Shown here one piece after another: positions 13,670 through 26,509 of a stretch of DNA of 64,000 nucleotides. The translations under genes were made by a program, and so were the position numbers. This DNA comes from Eledone cirrhosa (taxonomy: Eukaryota). The notes below the pieces were generated by a model. It was not told where the DNA came from, made no database searches, and was given only the letters and a program-made list of their open reading frames with translations. The stretch spans positions 309,690,001 through 309,754,000 of the forward strand of contig OZ024742.1 of NCBI GenBank assembly GCA_964016885.1, read 5' to 3'. Position 1 is the stretch's first letter. Every line of letters begins with the position of its first letter.

Positions 13670-14150
13670 CACCAGCATCCTTGCCGGATTAACCGTTCTG
13701 TCGAATCTAAACAAATAGATTTACCGGATTAACCGTTCGGCTGAACCAACAGTAGTTACCTAACTAATCCTTTTGCCGGATTAAGAACTCTGCCGAACCA
13801 ACGGTGGTCATCAAACCAATAAATTTTCCGGATTAACCCATCTGCCGAACCAACAGTGGTCACTTAACCAATCGGTTTGCCGGATTAACAATTCTTCCAA
13901 ACCAACAGTGGTTACCTAACTAATAGATTTACCGGGTTAACTGTTCTGCCGATCTAACGATGGGCCTTACCTGACCAATAGATTTTTCCGGATTAACCCC
14001 TCTGCCGGACCAACAGTGATCCCCTAACCAATAAATTTATCGGATTAACTGTTTTGCCGATCTAACGATGGGCCTTACCTGATCAATAGATTTTTCGGAT
14101 TAATCGTTCTGCCGGACCAACGATGGTGATCGAACCAATAAAGTTGCTAA
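13670..14150. repeat. Minisatellite, about 52-bp unit, about 9 diverged units
   Basis: Recurrent CCGGATTAAC...CTGCCGAACCAAC...AACCAATA at roughly 50-55 bp spacing. Confidence 0.85.
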
Positions 14151-14419
14151 CACACTCCCACCCACTAATTATACATCTCCTGAGTCTCTAAAACACTATG
14201 GACAACTAGAACCTGAAATATGTATGGAAGGACTCTTGCGAATTGGTCAGAATGTTTAAGGAAAGAATCGCTGGACAGATTTTACGGGTAAAATCAACCG
14301 GCAGGAAAGCCAGGGGTAAATCCGGAGAAAGATGGTGGGATAACCTCCATGATCTTAGCTGGCCACGGGGATCCAGGTGGATCAATTCTTCCTCTGTATC
14401 GCTTTCTCTCTCTCTTATT

Positions 14420-15350
14420 CTCTGCAAAAAATCGTTTATATTCTCACCCAATAAGAGATGGCCTCAACCAAGTTTAAATGCAAAAGGCACACTGTGTATC
14501 ACAATAGTGCTTTTGCGACTCCCTCAGGAATTAAGGGCTGGAGAAATATGGATTATTTACTTAGAATGTACAAAGAATGTTTTAACGCTATTGCCCCCAA
14601 ACTGGTAAATTTTAGAACTTTACAGGGACTCTAAAAACTAATTAGGCTGAGCAATGACAGGTCTAGTGTCATTGACTCCTGATATTACAGGCTGGACATC
14701 CGGTTAGATAAAGTTGAAACCACATGGCACACCTTTTTAGCAATCTTTCCAAATAATTCATTCAAGCAAAGTTGTTTCACCTGTTTTGATCTTTCCCTGT
14801 GTAATGTATCACCCAGAAAATGCTAATTATCTATTATAGTTCTTGCTCCGTTAATCTAGTCATTTGATTAAGTCAACATGAACGATCTGTCATTGGAAAT
14901 TATTTAAGCTATATCTGTTTCATCTTTATCAATGTCGTCTTTATTGCTTCCTATGTTCTTATCAAATTTCAGGACAGTGTTTGTAATTTCCGAACCTGTA
15001 AGATGATACACAATAGATGATTCTCTGTCGACATTTATCAACCTGGCCAGTATTTTTTCATTAAGTTTACTTGCTATAATCTTAGACAACAACTCTTGTA
15101 ATGTTTTATTTTTGTATATTGAAGCAATTCATGAGCAACAACGGTGTCCTTTGATAAATGAAAGCCTGTGAAATCGTTTTCAACATTTCCACCAGGAAAC
15201 ATCAAGACAAACCACATCTTATGCAAAGTTTTCTTTAGTATAAATGCTTCGACCTTCTCCAGTCCTCTAGCAGTGAACATACGAACACCCTTCATGTTAA
15301 ATCTTTTGTTTAATAAATGTTGGTACAAATTTGAAAGCACCCATCACATC
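14420..15350 (-). pseudogene. Possible highly decayed DNA transposase remnant
   Basis: Non-repetitive sequence with several short minus-strand ORF pieces (LSKDTVVAHELL; LPVWG...QPLIP); family not recognised with confidence. Confidence 0.25.
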
Positions 15351-15389
15351 TAAAATGTGTTTAATGAAAAATGAGTGTATATTTATGGA

Positions 15390-15812
15390 CACTCATTTCA
15401 ATTCGGTATTCGTACCAACCCTTACCTATGGTCATAGATCTTGGGTAATCACCGAAAGAATACGATTGCGAATACAAGCGGTCGAAATGGGGTTCCTCCG
15501 GAGGGTCTTAGGAGTAATGTTACTCGATAGGGTGCGTAGATCGGAGATCAGAGAGTCACTCCAAGTAGAGCTTCTTCTCCGAATTGAGAGACCACGGCTC
15601 CGATACTGTGGGAATATGGTTAGAATATCTCGGGAAAGAATCGCTGAAAAGGAGACCCAGAGATAGACCCCGAGCAAGATGGTTGGATAACATCCATGAG
15701 CTTGGCTGGTCTCGCTTGTGAATCCAGCCGGATCAGTTGGAGACGGTTGCTTATGACTGGACCCGCTGGAAGGAGTGTTTGAGGACATTTCCCCCACGAT
15801 CCTCTCCTGAAT
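15390..15812 (+). mobile_element. RTE LINE 3' fragment
   Basis: FNSVFVPTLTYGHRSWVITERIRLRIQAVEMGFLRRV...DRVRRSEIRESL. Homologous pieces at 14170-14370 (+) and 27610-27930 (-). Confidence 0.85.
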
Positions 15813-15982
15813 AAGTGGGTGAAGAAAAATGAGTTATACTTAGCATTTAGAGAGCGCAGAATTACTTGGGTGGTAAATACATCGCATAAACATTTTTCTT
15901 CTACATGTGACATTTTAGCCTATTATTTCATTTCCACTCATGCGACAACTCATATATATCATAATATGAAATAACAGTGAAG

Positions 15983-16133
15983 TTGCATGACTTAGTGGTT
16001 TGAATGTTCGACTCACGATCGTAAGGTTGTGAGTTTGATTCCTGGCAGCGCGTTGTGTCCTTGAGCAAAACACTTTATTTCATGTTGCTCACTAAGTTCA
16101 CTAAGCTGGCAAAAAAGAGTTGAACCTGTAATT

Positions 16134-16177
<44 letters not shown>

Positions 16178-16188
16178 TATACGCGCGC

Positions 16189-16240
<52 letters not shown>

Positions 16241-16380
16241 CCACGCGCAAGTGTGTGTGAGTGCCAGCGTCTGTGATGAAATAAGTACTAGACTTGAAAA
16301 AAGTAAGACCAAGAGTCAATATAATTCACTAAGGCAACGTGGTGTCCCAGCATCGCCGCAGTCTAGTGCCTAAAACCTGT
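15983..16380 (+). mobile_element. Second tRNA-derived SINE family, interrupted by a microsatellite
   Basis: A box CTTAGTGGTT, B box GAGTTTGATTCC, GTGTCCTTGAGCAAAACACTT core. Related pieces near 23480-23710 (-), 27095-27200 (+) and 31430-31510. Confidence 0.7.
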
Positions 16381-17636
16381 AAAATATTAAAGTAATATAG
16401 AAAGACAGTAAAGTTAGGGCTATTAATGTCCAGATAATAATTTTCGTACAATATACAGAGGATTTCTTCTGCTCCTCATACTACACATTACTGTGTATTT
16501 CGGAGGTTAAAAGTTCAAGTTGAAGTTCAGAAATATTTTTATTTTATTTTACAATCTTTTTCTAAGCAAATGAGCACGTTGAAATAAGAGGGGGGGGGGT
16601 AGGGGGTAGGAGCATTTATGTGTCAAACATTTGGGGAGGTGGTGGTGGTAGGGGATCAGTAGCTTTATAGCTGTCCCACTGTGCATGTATACACATATTT
16701 TGACCACCAAAAAGAAACACGGATTTTTCGAGCGAATAACAATTGAAAAAGACATATACATGCATACATACTAATATAATATACGTACATAGATATATAC
16801 ATGATGTCTGCCCCCTCGTTATCGAGTATGGCCATTGCACGATTTACCATTATTAATAATTAAAAATTAATTCTATCGTGCAATGCCTGTGCGTGAAGAT
16901 ATTTTTTAAAGTGAGGAAAGACTGTGTACTGAGCCAATCCCACTCTCTGAGCGACAGTAGCTATAACCCCAAAAGAAGAAAAGATCAACATCATCGGTAA
17001 CTACCGAGCCGCAGGTTTTATATCGGAGTTATCCCAGTTTCCTGAGTTACCTTCTCCTATAAGAATGTCCTGACAAAGGCTAGGAGTCCTTCACTCCCAG
17101 TGGTTTAACCGCGAGATGGGGTGTCCAGCCCGACTATTTCTATGTCCCCGCGCATATACATACACATGCACCCAAGTATATACACATATACATACATAGA
17201 TACATACATAGATATATACATACATAGATACATACATACATACATACATACATACATACATACATACATACATACATAGATACATATTAATAAAATAAAC
17301 GTACATACATACATATAATACATACCAATATATAATACATATATACACACATACATGCATACATACACATGGAATTACGTACTTACACACATGCAATGAC
17401 ATCCATACTTACATATCCATACAAACACATACATACATATAAAATTACCTAGTTGTAGGTTGTCTAAAATCCAATGGAAGAATCTTGTTTCTGTGTTAGA
17501 AACCGGTTATATATATATTACATCAAGGTAATATTAGGGAGAACACTCGACGTAATGCAACTCACCCGTCTTCGTTTGTGTTGTTGGTGGTACGAGTACG
17601 GAGTTAATTATTATTGTAATTCCTTAAAGGTTTATT

Positions 17637-17694
17637 ATACTATGAACATTTCAATGACCGGGTTCAGTATGAATCCGGTGACATCATCAGGTAT
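17637..17694 (-). ncRNA. Minimal type I hammerhead (inverted partial copy at 17730-17782)
   Basis: ATAC-CTGATGA-TGTCACCGGATTC/GAACCCGGTCATT-GAAA-TGTTCA-TA-GTAT. Confidence 0.8.
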
Positions 17695-19736
17695 TCCGAA
17701 ATTTATCCAACAAAGGAATATAATAGATACCTGAACTCGGTCATTGAAATGTTCATAGTGTAATAAATCTTTAAGGAATTACACCGGTCCAGCCGCCTGT
17801 TATTTTATTATATATATATATATATATAATGACGGCGATGAATTTGTTTTGCGAGGTTTTTGATATGAAATAGTGTGTCGAAACAAATATTGTTATACTT
17901 GGGGAGGGTCATATTGTTGTAATAAATATTGCCAGAAATAATAACAGACAGTTAATTCATTTGGTCCTCAATGTTAATCATTGACTGACCAACGGTCGAA
18001 AATACAGATATAATATAGATATCTATATTATATCTGTATTTTGGACCGTTGGTCAGTCAATGATAAACATTGAGGACCAAATGAATTTGCTTTTCATCCT
18101 TACGGGGTCGATAAAATAAAGTACCAGTAATGCACTGGGTAATTGCTGGCCTTGTGCCTAAAGTAGAAACAATTATTTCTGGCAATATTATTACAACAAT
18201 ATGACCCTCCCCAAGTTTAACAATATATATTATATATATAACCTAGTTGGACGTTGTCAAAAATCCAATGGAACAGTCTTGTTTCTGTGTTAGAAACCGG
18301 TTATATATCTCTCTCTCTATCACGCGCTCTCTCCCTTTCTTGGTGAGAAATTAATAAGGATGGTTTCTACTTTAGGCATAAGGCCAACACTTTTTGGGGA
18401 GTTGAAAATCGATTAAATCGACTCCAGTATATTACTGGTGAATTATTTTATCGACCCCGTAAGGATGAAAGGCAAAGCTAGCCTCGGCAGGATTTGAACT
18501 CAGAACGTAAAGGGCCGTAACTCTATGCTGCAAAGCATGTTGTTCGACGCTCTACTGATACTGCCAATCCACCACCTTTGAAAAATTAATAATAATGGTT
18601 TCTTATATAGGCACAAGGCCAGCAATTTTTGGGGAGGGGAAAGTTGATTAAATCGACTTCGGTGCGTGACTGGTACGTTATTTTATCGACCCCGTAAGGA
18701 TGAAAGGCAAAGTTAACCTCGGCGGGATTTGAACTCAAATCATAAAGGGCCGTAAATCTATGCTGCAAAGCATGTTGTTCGACGCTCTACTGATACTGCC
18801 AATAGAAATTAATACCCTTGAGAAATTAATAATAATAAAAATAAAACCATAAGAACATCAACCATAATTGTTTCTACTTTTGGCACAAGGCCAGCAAATA
18901 CCCAGTGCATTACTGGTACTTTATTTTATCGACCCCGTAAGGATGAAAGGCAAAGTTAACCTCGACGAAATTTGAACTCAGAATGGCAAGAGCCGTAACT
19001 CTATGCGTCATGGCGTCCGACCCTCTACCGATACTGCCAATATCAACCATAATAATACACAATGTGTGTTTGTATATTTATTTATACAGGCTGGCCCCTG
19101 AAAAACTTGTTCGTTTTCAATCTTTTTTCTTTTCTTTTTTTTTGCAGGTTATAGAGCATCCCTTGTTGTTTTTCACACAATACAGAAAAAATTCTTTACT
19201 TATATTTCCGAATAAAATAATAAAAAATCAAAAAAAACATGTGTTTGTAAAAGTTATTTTTGTTTTATATCATTCAGTCTGTCAGTGACCAACCTATATA
19301 TACATCTGTCCGTAAATCATTAAAATATATGCATTCAAACATACACACAAGGAATTTCCTATTTCAGTCACGTTGCTAAACTAAAAACGTTCGCTTACTA
19401 ATCATAAAGTCCTGGGTTCTAATCGTACATTTGCGCTGCGCTGTCAACCGATCACCATCTAGTTATCAGCAGCCTGGGGCTACCTAAAACCAAGAAAATC
19501 CACTACACGGGCTGGTCCAGCTCACAGTTTGGCTGCGGGGTGCTGACTGGGTTGTAGTGTCTGTTTCTCTTCATATCCCTTTCTTTCGTTGTTTGATCTC
19601 TTTTCTTCTTTTTATTTCCTTTTTTCCCCATTTTTCCCCTTTAGTAGTGTATTTTGTTTTTTATTAGATACTGCCCAATTATTTTTATGTAATTAAATCC
19701 TCGAAATAAAAGTTTATTTATTGTAAAACCTACAAG

Positions 19737-20070
19737 ATAAAGGATGAAGCTTTGGCTGATAATGAGGCCAGGACCAGGTATGCGGAGACTATTGTATTCA
19801 AATCCAGAGAACTCCCTGAACAAACAGAGGTCGGTGAAACGGAGTGAAAACTGTTTAGCTTGACAGTTTCTACTTCAGCTGCTAAATGCTGCGAGTGAAA
19901 GCGGCTTGGTGTGGTGTTAGGTGGACCCCTTGGTTGAGCCAGAAGGTAAAATACAAAGCTAGGCTTAGAAATAAGTCCACCTTCTTGCACTTGAAGAATC
20001 GCAGCAGAGACAGTAAAAGCGTGCAAAGTTAAGACATGGGAGGACTTTGGGGTTAAGCTGGAATCCACAT
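19737..20070 (+). mobile_element. RTE LINE internal fragment
   Basis: EALADNEARTRYAETI...AAETVKACKVKTWEDFGVKLES, with stops. Confidence 0.6.
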
Positions 20071-20899
20071 TTAGATTGCTGATATTGTAGTTGATGTTGC
20101 TGATGTTAGTTATCAGTCTTTGATCACAGGCCTGCTTGATCGGAAGTGAGTCAGGCCTCAACAACGACAACATCAACAACACCAACAACACCAACAACAA
20201 TATCAACTTCAACAACATCAACAACAACAATAACAGCAACATCAGCAACAAGAGCAACAATATCAACATCAACAATATCAACACTAATAATTGTTTCTAC
20301 TTTTGGCACAAGGCCAGCAATTACCTCAGTGTATTACTGGTACTTTATTTTATCGACCCCGTAAAGATGAAAGGCAAAGTGAACCTCGGCGGGATTTGAA
20401 CTCAGACCCCGCCGAGGTTCACTTTGCCTTTCATCCTTACGGGGTCGATAAAATAAAGTACCAGTAATGCACGGAGGTAATTGCTGGCCTTGTGCCAAAT
20501 GTAGAAACAATTATTGGTGTTGAATAATAACAGCAACAATAACAACATCAGCAACATCAGCAACATCAACAACAACAACGTCAATAACAGCAATAACAAC
20601 AATTACGCCATTATTAACAACCACGACAACAACAATAAGAACAACAACAACAACAATAAAAACAACAACAACAACAGCATAAAAAACATCAGCAACAAAA
20701 AACACATATACATAAACAAATACTACATATGTGTGTTAGTATTTTGTCATGATGCGTCAGCAATTGTTTGTTAATAAACTGGAAATATTTTGAATTGCTG
20801 CCCTTAATGTTTAAGTACGACGAATTTGTTGTGGAATATAAACATAGAAGGTAAACAAAAGTTCAAATAACACAGTTCTAAAATGTTAATGATTGCAAA

Positions 20900-22070
20900 T
20901 ATCGGTTAATATGAAGTTAATATACAAGCAAGGTTTAACTAGCACCAGTTTTCTAATGAAGTTATCAAGTCAAGATGCAAGCAAGGTTTAACTTGCACAA
21001 GCTTTCTAATGAAGTTATGAAGTTAATATACAAGCTAGGTTTAGCTAACACTAGCTTTCTGATGAAGTTATATAGTTAATATACAACCAAGGTTTAGCTG
21101 TGATGAAGTTAATATACAAGCTAGGTTTAGCTAGCACCAGCTTTCTGATAAAGTTAATATATCAAGCAAGGTTTAACTAGCACCAGTTTTCTAATGAAGT
21201 TATGAAGTCAGGATGCAAGCAAGGTTTACCTAGCATCAGTTTTCTAATGAAGTTATGAAGTCAAGATGCAAGCAAGGTTTAACTAGCATCAGTTTTCTAA
21301 TGAAGTTATGAAGTCAGGATGCAAGCAAGGTTTAAATAGCATCATTTTCCCGGTGAAGTTAATATACAAGCAAGTTTTAGCTAGTACCAGATTTCTGATG
21401 AAGTTGTGCAGTTAATTACTATGAAGCTAATATAAGGTAGCTTGCACCGGCTTTCTGATGAAGTTATGAAGCCAATATACAAACAAGGTGTAACTAGTAC
21501 CAGCTTTTTGGTGAACTTATGCAGTTAATATACAAACAAGGTTTAGTTAGCACCAGCATTCTGATGAAGTTATGCAGTTAATATACACCCAAGGTTTAGC
21601 CCCGATGAAGTTAATATACAAGCTGGGTTTAGCTAGCACCAGTATTTTGAAGAAGTTAATGTATCAAGCAAGGTTTAGTTAGCACCAGCTTTTCTGATGA
21701 AGTTAATATATCAAGCAAGGTTTAGCTAGCACCAGCTTTCTGATGAAGTTAATATATCTAGCAAGGTTTAGCTAGCACCAGCTTTCTGATGAAGTTAATA
21801 TATCAAGCAAGGTTTAGCTAGCACCAGCTTTCTGATGAAGTTAATATATCTAGCACCAGTTTTTTAATGAAGTTAATGTATCAAGCAAGGTTTAGCTAGC
21901 ACCAGCTTTCGATGAAGTTAATATATCTAGCAAGGTTTAGCTAGCACCAGCTTTCTGATGAAGTTAATATATCTAGCAAGATTTAGCTAGCACCAGCTTT
22001 CTGATGAAGTTAATATATCTAGCAAGGTTTAGCTAGCACCAGCTTTCTGATGAAGTTAATATATCTAGCT
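20900..22070. repeat. Minisatellite, 46-bp unit with 55-bp variants, over 20 units
   Basis: Unit GCAAGGTTTAGCTAGCACCAGCTTTCTGATGAAGTTAATATATCTA. Confidence 0.95.
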
Positions 22071-22258
22071 GGGTATATATATATATAGCTGTATATATAT
22101 ATATATAGGCACACACACACACACACACATATGTGTATATCAACTAGAGGTATATGATTTTTAAAGCGATGAAATACCAATGAAAGTTGGAAGATCACTG
22201 ATGAAGGACTAATTTTATTTATATGTAACCCATGTGCAACCACGCAGCTCTCCATTTT

Positions 22259-22314
<56 letters not shown>

Positions 22315-22343
22315 TCATATATATATATATTTATATATATATA

Positions 22344-22422
22344 CAGGGTGTCACCCCCAACATGTATACACACTTTAACAGCATTCTAATAAATGTGTGT
22401 ATACATTTTTTGGGACACCCTG
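22344..22422. mobile_element. Tiny Tc1/mariner-type MITE
   Basis: TA-CAGGGTGTC...GGGACACCCTG-TA. Relatives at 44446-44540, 51805-51909 and 57597-57674. Confidence 0.8.
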
Positions 22423-22444
22423 TATATATATAGAAAGACAGACT

Positions 22445-22585
22445 TCTGTAATTTCCGTCTACTAAATTCCATTCAGAAGACATTAGTCAGGCCGAGGCTA
22501 CTGTAGAAACACCTGCCCAAGGTGCCGCGCAGGAGGACTGAACCCAGAACCACATACTTGCAAAGCGAACTCTTTAACTGCATGG
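22445..22585 (-). mobile_element. CORE-like tRNA-derived SINE
   Basis: Minus strand GGTTCAGTCC B box followed by CCTTGGGCAGGTGT. Relatives at 22890-23030 and 34425-35080. Confidence 0.6.
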
Positions 22586-23735
22586 CAACACCTCTTCTAT
22601 TTTTTTGTTTTACAGGATTGATTTTTTTTTCAATATCTATTTATTTATTTTTATTTAAGACGGCGTGGAGTGGTCAGAGATGAATAAATTATCAAATATC
22701 TTTTTTCAACTTTGCTCCTAAGTTAAAAAGTCAATCTATTTATATTTCTTAGTGTCACTGTCCAAGCTGATGGACGGAAACTATGCTGTAAACTCTAACT
22801 TGGGACAAAATATTTGGTTCAGCAGGCACGGGGTCAAATATCAAGAACTAGTATAATATGTATTTCGTGTCACAAAACTGGCGCTAAATGACCATGTGAT
22901 TAAGAGATCCGCTATCCAACTACATAGTTTCGGAGTCGATTACCGTGCAGCACCTTGAGAAAGTGACTTATATCATGTCCTTAGGTTGTTAGTGAATTTT
23001 AGTAGATGGGGACTACGTGGGACCTGGTTGAAGGGGCTGGTTCAGTTTTTTTTTGTAATATAATTGATCTGTCCCTTGTTTAACACAGCCACCTGGTTCA
23101 CATATATATAAATATATAGATAGCCGAAACAGAGTGGGCTCTCCGTCGGGTCTATATCACACACACAAACACACACACACGCACACATATATATATTTAT
23201 TAAAATAATAGATTAAAGTTGAAGCAAAGAATCGCTGCTTTCACCCTTAATCAGAAGATCGCGTTAAGGGTGAAAGCAGCGATTCTTTGCTTAAACTTTA
23301 ATCTGTTATTTTAATAAATATTTGTTCTATGGTTTTATATATTTATATATATATTATCCTTGTCGAGCCCGCTTCGGATTTTAGTCTTCACATTTATTAT
23401 TATTACTATATATATGTATATGTATATATATGTACACGTATTTGTGTTGTCATGCCGTCAGTTCCAGTGAGGAGAGTTCCTGTCATATTGGAAGATCCAG
23501 CTAAAAAACGTGACTGAACATTTCATAGACACGTGCACTTTATACATAGTTCTCATGGCGGTCCAGCACGACAGAGTGTAACACGGCTGGTCTTTTGAAT
23601 TACAAGTACAACTTGTTTTTATCAGCTGAGTGGACTGGTACAACGTGAAATATAATGTCTTGCTCAACGACACAATGTACCACTCTAACCATTAAGCTAC
23701 GCGCTTTCACTTGTAAACATACATACATACATAAA

Positions 23736-24250
23736 TGATGGCTGCAAACTCTGCTAAGAGTATTGCAATCGCTTGTCAGATTACAGAAAACGGTACACTT
23801 TTAGGCTACGGCTAGTCACACAAACCTGTAACAGATCCTGAACAAGCAATGCCTGAGCCTTGAAGGTATTTTAAGTGGGGAAAGGCCCTGCACTCGACCA
23901 ATCCCACTCTCTGAGCATCGAAAACACTACCCGAAAAGGAGAACTGGTCAACATCATCGGATGCTTCCGAAGCCGCAGGTTTTTTTTCAGAGTTTCCCAC
24001 TCCTAGAAAGGTGTTGGAACAACAACTGGGGGATTTTCACTCGCACGTAAAAAAGGTACTATTTGGATGGCCGTTGACTCTGCTGAGTTCCACCGCCCTT
24101 TGCCGGGTCTTATACTTCATCCCGCAGGGTGTCCCAATATCACCCTCCTCACCAAGCTAGCTTGGTGGGGTTGCCGGTTTAGTCACCGACGACCATGAGA
24201 CAGGTTGTACTGGGTTATATGTTACCAGTAGCACTTGAGAACGACCTGAC
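23736..24250 (+). mobile_element. (ATAC)n-anchored non-autonomous retroelement, subfamily B
   Basis: Shares the 3' GAGACAGGTTGTACTGGG...GACCTGAC(ATAC)n end with 38516-39035. Copies at 54590-54960 (-) and 57693-58130 (+). Confidence 0.8.
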
Positions 24251-24994
24251 ATACGTACATACATACATATAAATATACATATAAACATACCTATCTACCT
24301 ACTTACCTACATATAAATATACACACATTCGTGCGTACATACATGCATGCGTACATCCATACATACATAAATACATGTTTGAAAACATAGATATATACAC
24401 ACATATAAAGACACATATATGATTGTTGTCCACTCGTGTAGACTATTAAAAAAATATCCAGTTTTCGCCAAAGGTTCTTTAAGCCCACCAGATTCCTACA
24501 TGTCTTTTGGCAGATCTTACAAACAAAACAGCATGTGTACATCAGTATGTAGATGTGTATTCTAATGTATAGTACATTGTCTTTTTAATCAGCCAAGACA
24601 GATTCTGACCTTACCACACGTAACAACATGTTATGCAACATGTTGTAGTGACCATACTGCAGTTTTGTCCGACCTTATGAATAAGTTGGTGACTAATCAG
24701 GCAGTCTTAGTAAGACATTCGACCATACATTCATCAGAAAGTTTACTCCATTCACAAAATAAATTGTGCATTTTTGTGCAGCTAGCTTAAATTCTGCATA
24801 AGACATGCATACTTTTTAAAAACATCTGCACTAGCCTTTATCTATTGTTTTTATTGGTGTCGATGAAAAATATTTCTTTCCCAATTGTTTTCACGTATTA
24901 AAAAAAAAAAAAGAGGGCTTTACACAGTCCTTAAATTGCAACCTTGGTTTTGTGCCGGGGGCATTTTCATATATACATGCATACAGACTTACCT

Positions 24995-25560
24995 ACATAC
25001 ACAAAATTAAAACACAACGGGCCTGATATTTTTCTTTGGGACCACAGATTAAAAACATGCTTTGTTGTAGAAGTCAGCAACTCACTCGATGTAAAATGCA
25101 CAAAGAAAAATACAAGAGAAGGAAGATATCTACGGACCATTGATGAGAAGTTTGAAGATTCAGTACCCAAAATACTCGTTAAGTTTCATACCCTCGGGAC
25201 TCGAATAATTGTCCCAATCCCCTGCTTATTAATTTTTCAGACTCCCTCCTCCGCTTATTAAATTTTGCTAATTTATCTCCAGCGAAATTTTATTTTAAGT
25301 GGTAGCATTCCCGCGGCAATTAATTTTCTATAGACATTAAAAAACATTATACATGACAAAAAATTACATTACGAGAAATCCCATACGTTATAAAATATAT
25401 AGGATAGGTTGGGGTCTCAATTTGTAAACTAAACAACACATTCTAGAAACATTTCGGAGTCCCCCCACCACCGTTTATTCCAATTCTCCCGCTTATTCCC
25501 CACCCCATTATTTGGGGCCCGAGATTTGGGACCTTATTATTATTGGAGCTACAGGATATC
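24995..25560 (+). mobile_element. R4/Dong-like LINE endonuclease fragment split by a TIR element (about 25190-25525)
   Basis: TKLKHNGPDIFLWD...CFVVEVS...FIP, then an insert with CTCGGGACTCGAATAAT/ATTATTTGGGGCCCGAG ends, then IIIGATGY. Homologous to 62225-62440. Confidence 0.75.
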
Positions 25561-26477
25561 AGACATGCCAACCCCTAAAGACCCAAACGGGAGTACCATG
25601 AAAAAAAGTGCTCCAAAACGGGAAAATGAGGCAAAATGGGGAGATTTTATATAATGAAAGCTATACCCATTTTCACAAGAGAAGACATCTCTCACCTACC
25701 CCAAAGTGGGTGGGAGATCTCTCCGTCGGGCGGGGAGAGTTGACAGGTCTTGGATATATATCAACATGCCTGGATCAAAATATAACTGAACTTGAATTCT
25801 TGGAAAAAGAATGTAGTTCCATAACCCATAAGCTGGAATGGCTCTTCCAGCGCATCTCCCTCACCATCCTCCGGGGAAACGCCTTCTCCATTCTGTCCGC
25901 CGGGGCTGTGGGGAGGCCAGCACGAGGGACTCCATTTGCTCACCACATAGAGAGATGGGGAGGGCCAGATAGATGGAGGCGATGATAGTGGGAGTTCGAC
26001 TCTTCCGCGTTCGGACCATATCCTTGTGGTTGTGTTCGTTAAACAGTTAATGAGTCTGTTTATGTATAGACATATAAACATCACACTATAGCCACCAGCT
26101 GACTGTCAATGTGGAGAAAATGAGAGAAAACCCATAAGCCACAAATGGCCATGATATTTTGAATCTTTGAAAATCTTAAAAAAAGAATTCTTACCATTCA
26201 AAGGATGAATGATTGCAAAGGACGACGGAAATTTTTTTTCTTTACAACTTTGCTGCCCGAAAAGGGGTCGGTTAAAAATGAGCTTGAAATTAATTAAAAA
26301 ATACGAACCTATCTACCTGCCTGCCTACATACCTACCTACTTTCCTACCCACCTTTCTACCTGACTATCTGTACATGCACATATGCACATACATATATAC
26401 ACACCTACATATACATACACACACACATACATAGACAGACACATATACATACATATATTCATACACACACACATACA

Positions 26478-26509
<32 letters not shown>

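Noticed and set aside
13670-14150. CRISPR array
   Set aside because: Intervening segments are mutually homologous, the context is eukaryotic and there are no cas genes.
20900-22070. Tandem hammerhead, snoRNA array or CRISPR array (CTGATGA in many units)
   Set aside because: No GAAA or helix pattern and no unique spacers; ordinary minisatellite.
24700-24745. CTGATGA on the minus strand (also at 36587 on plus)
   Set aside because: No helix II or GAAA; consistent with chance.
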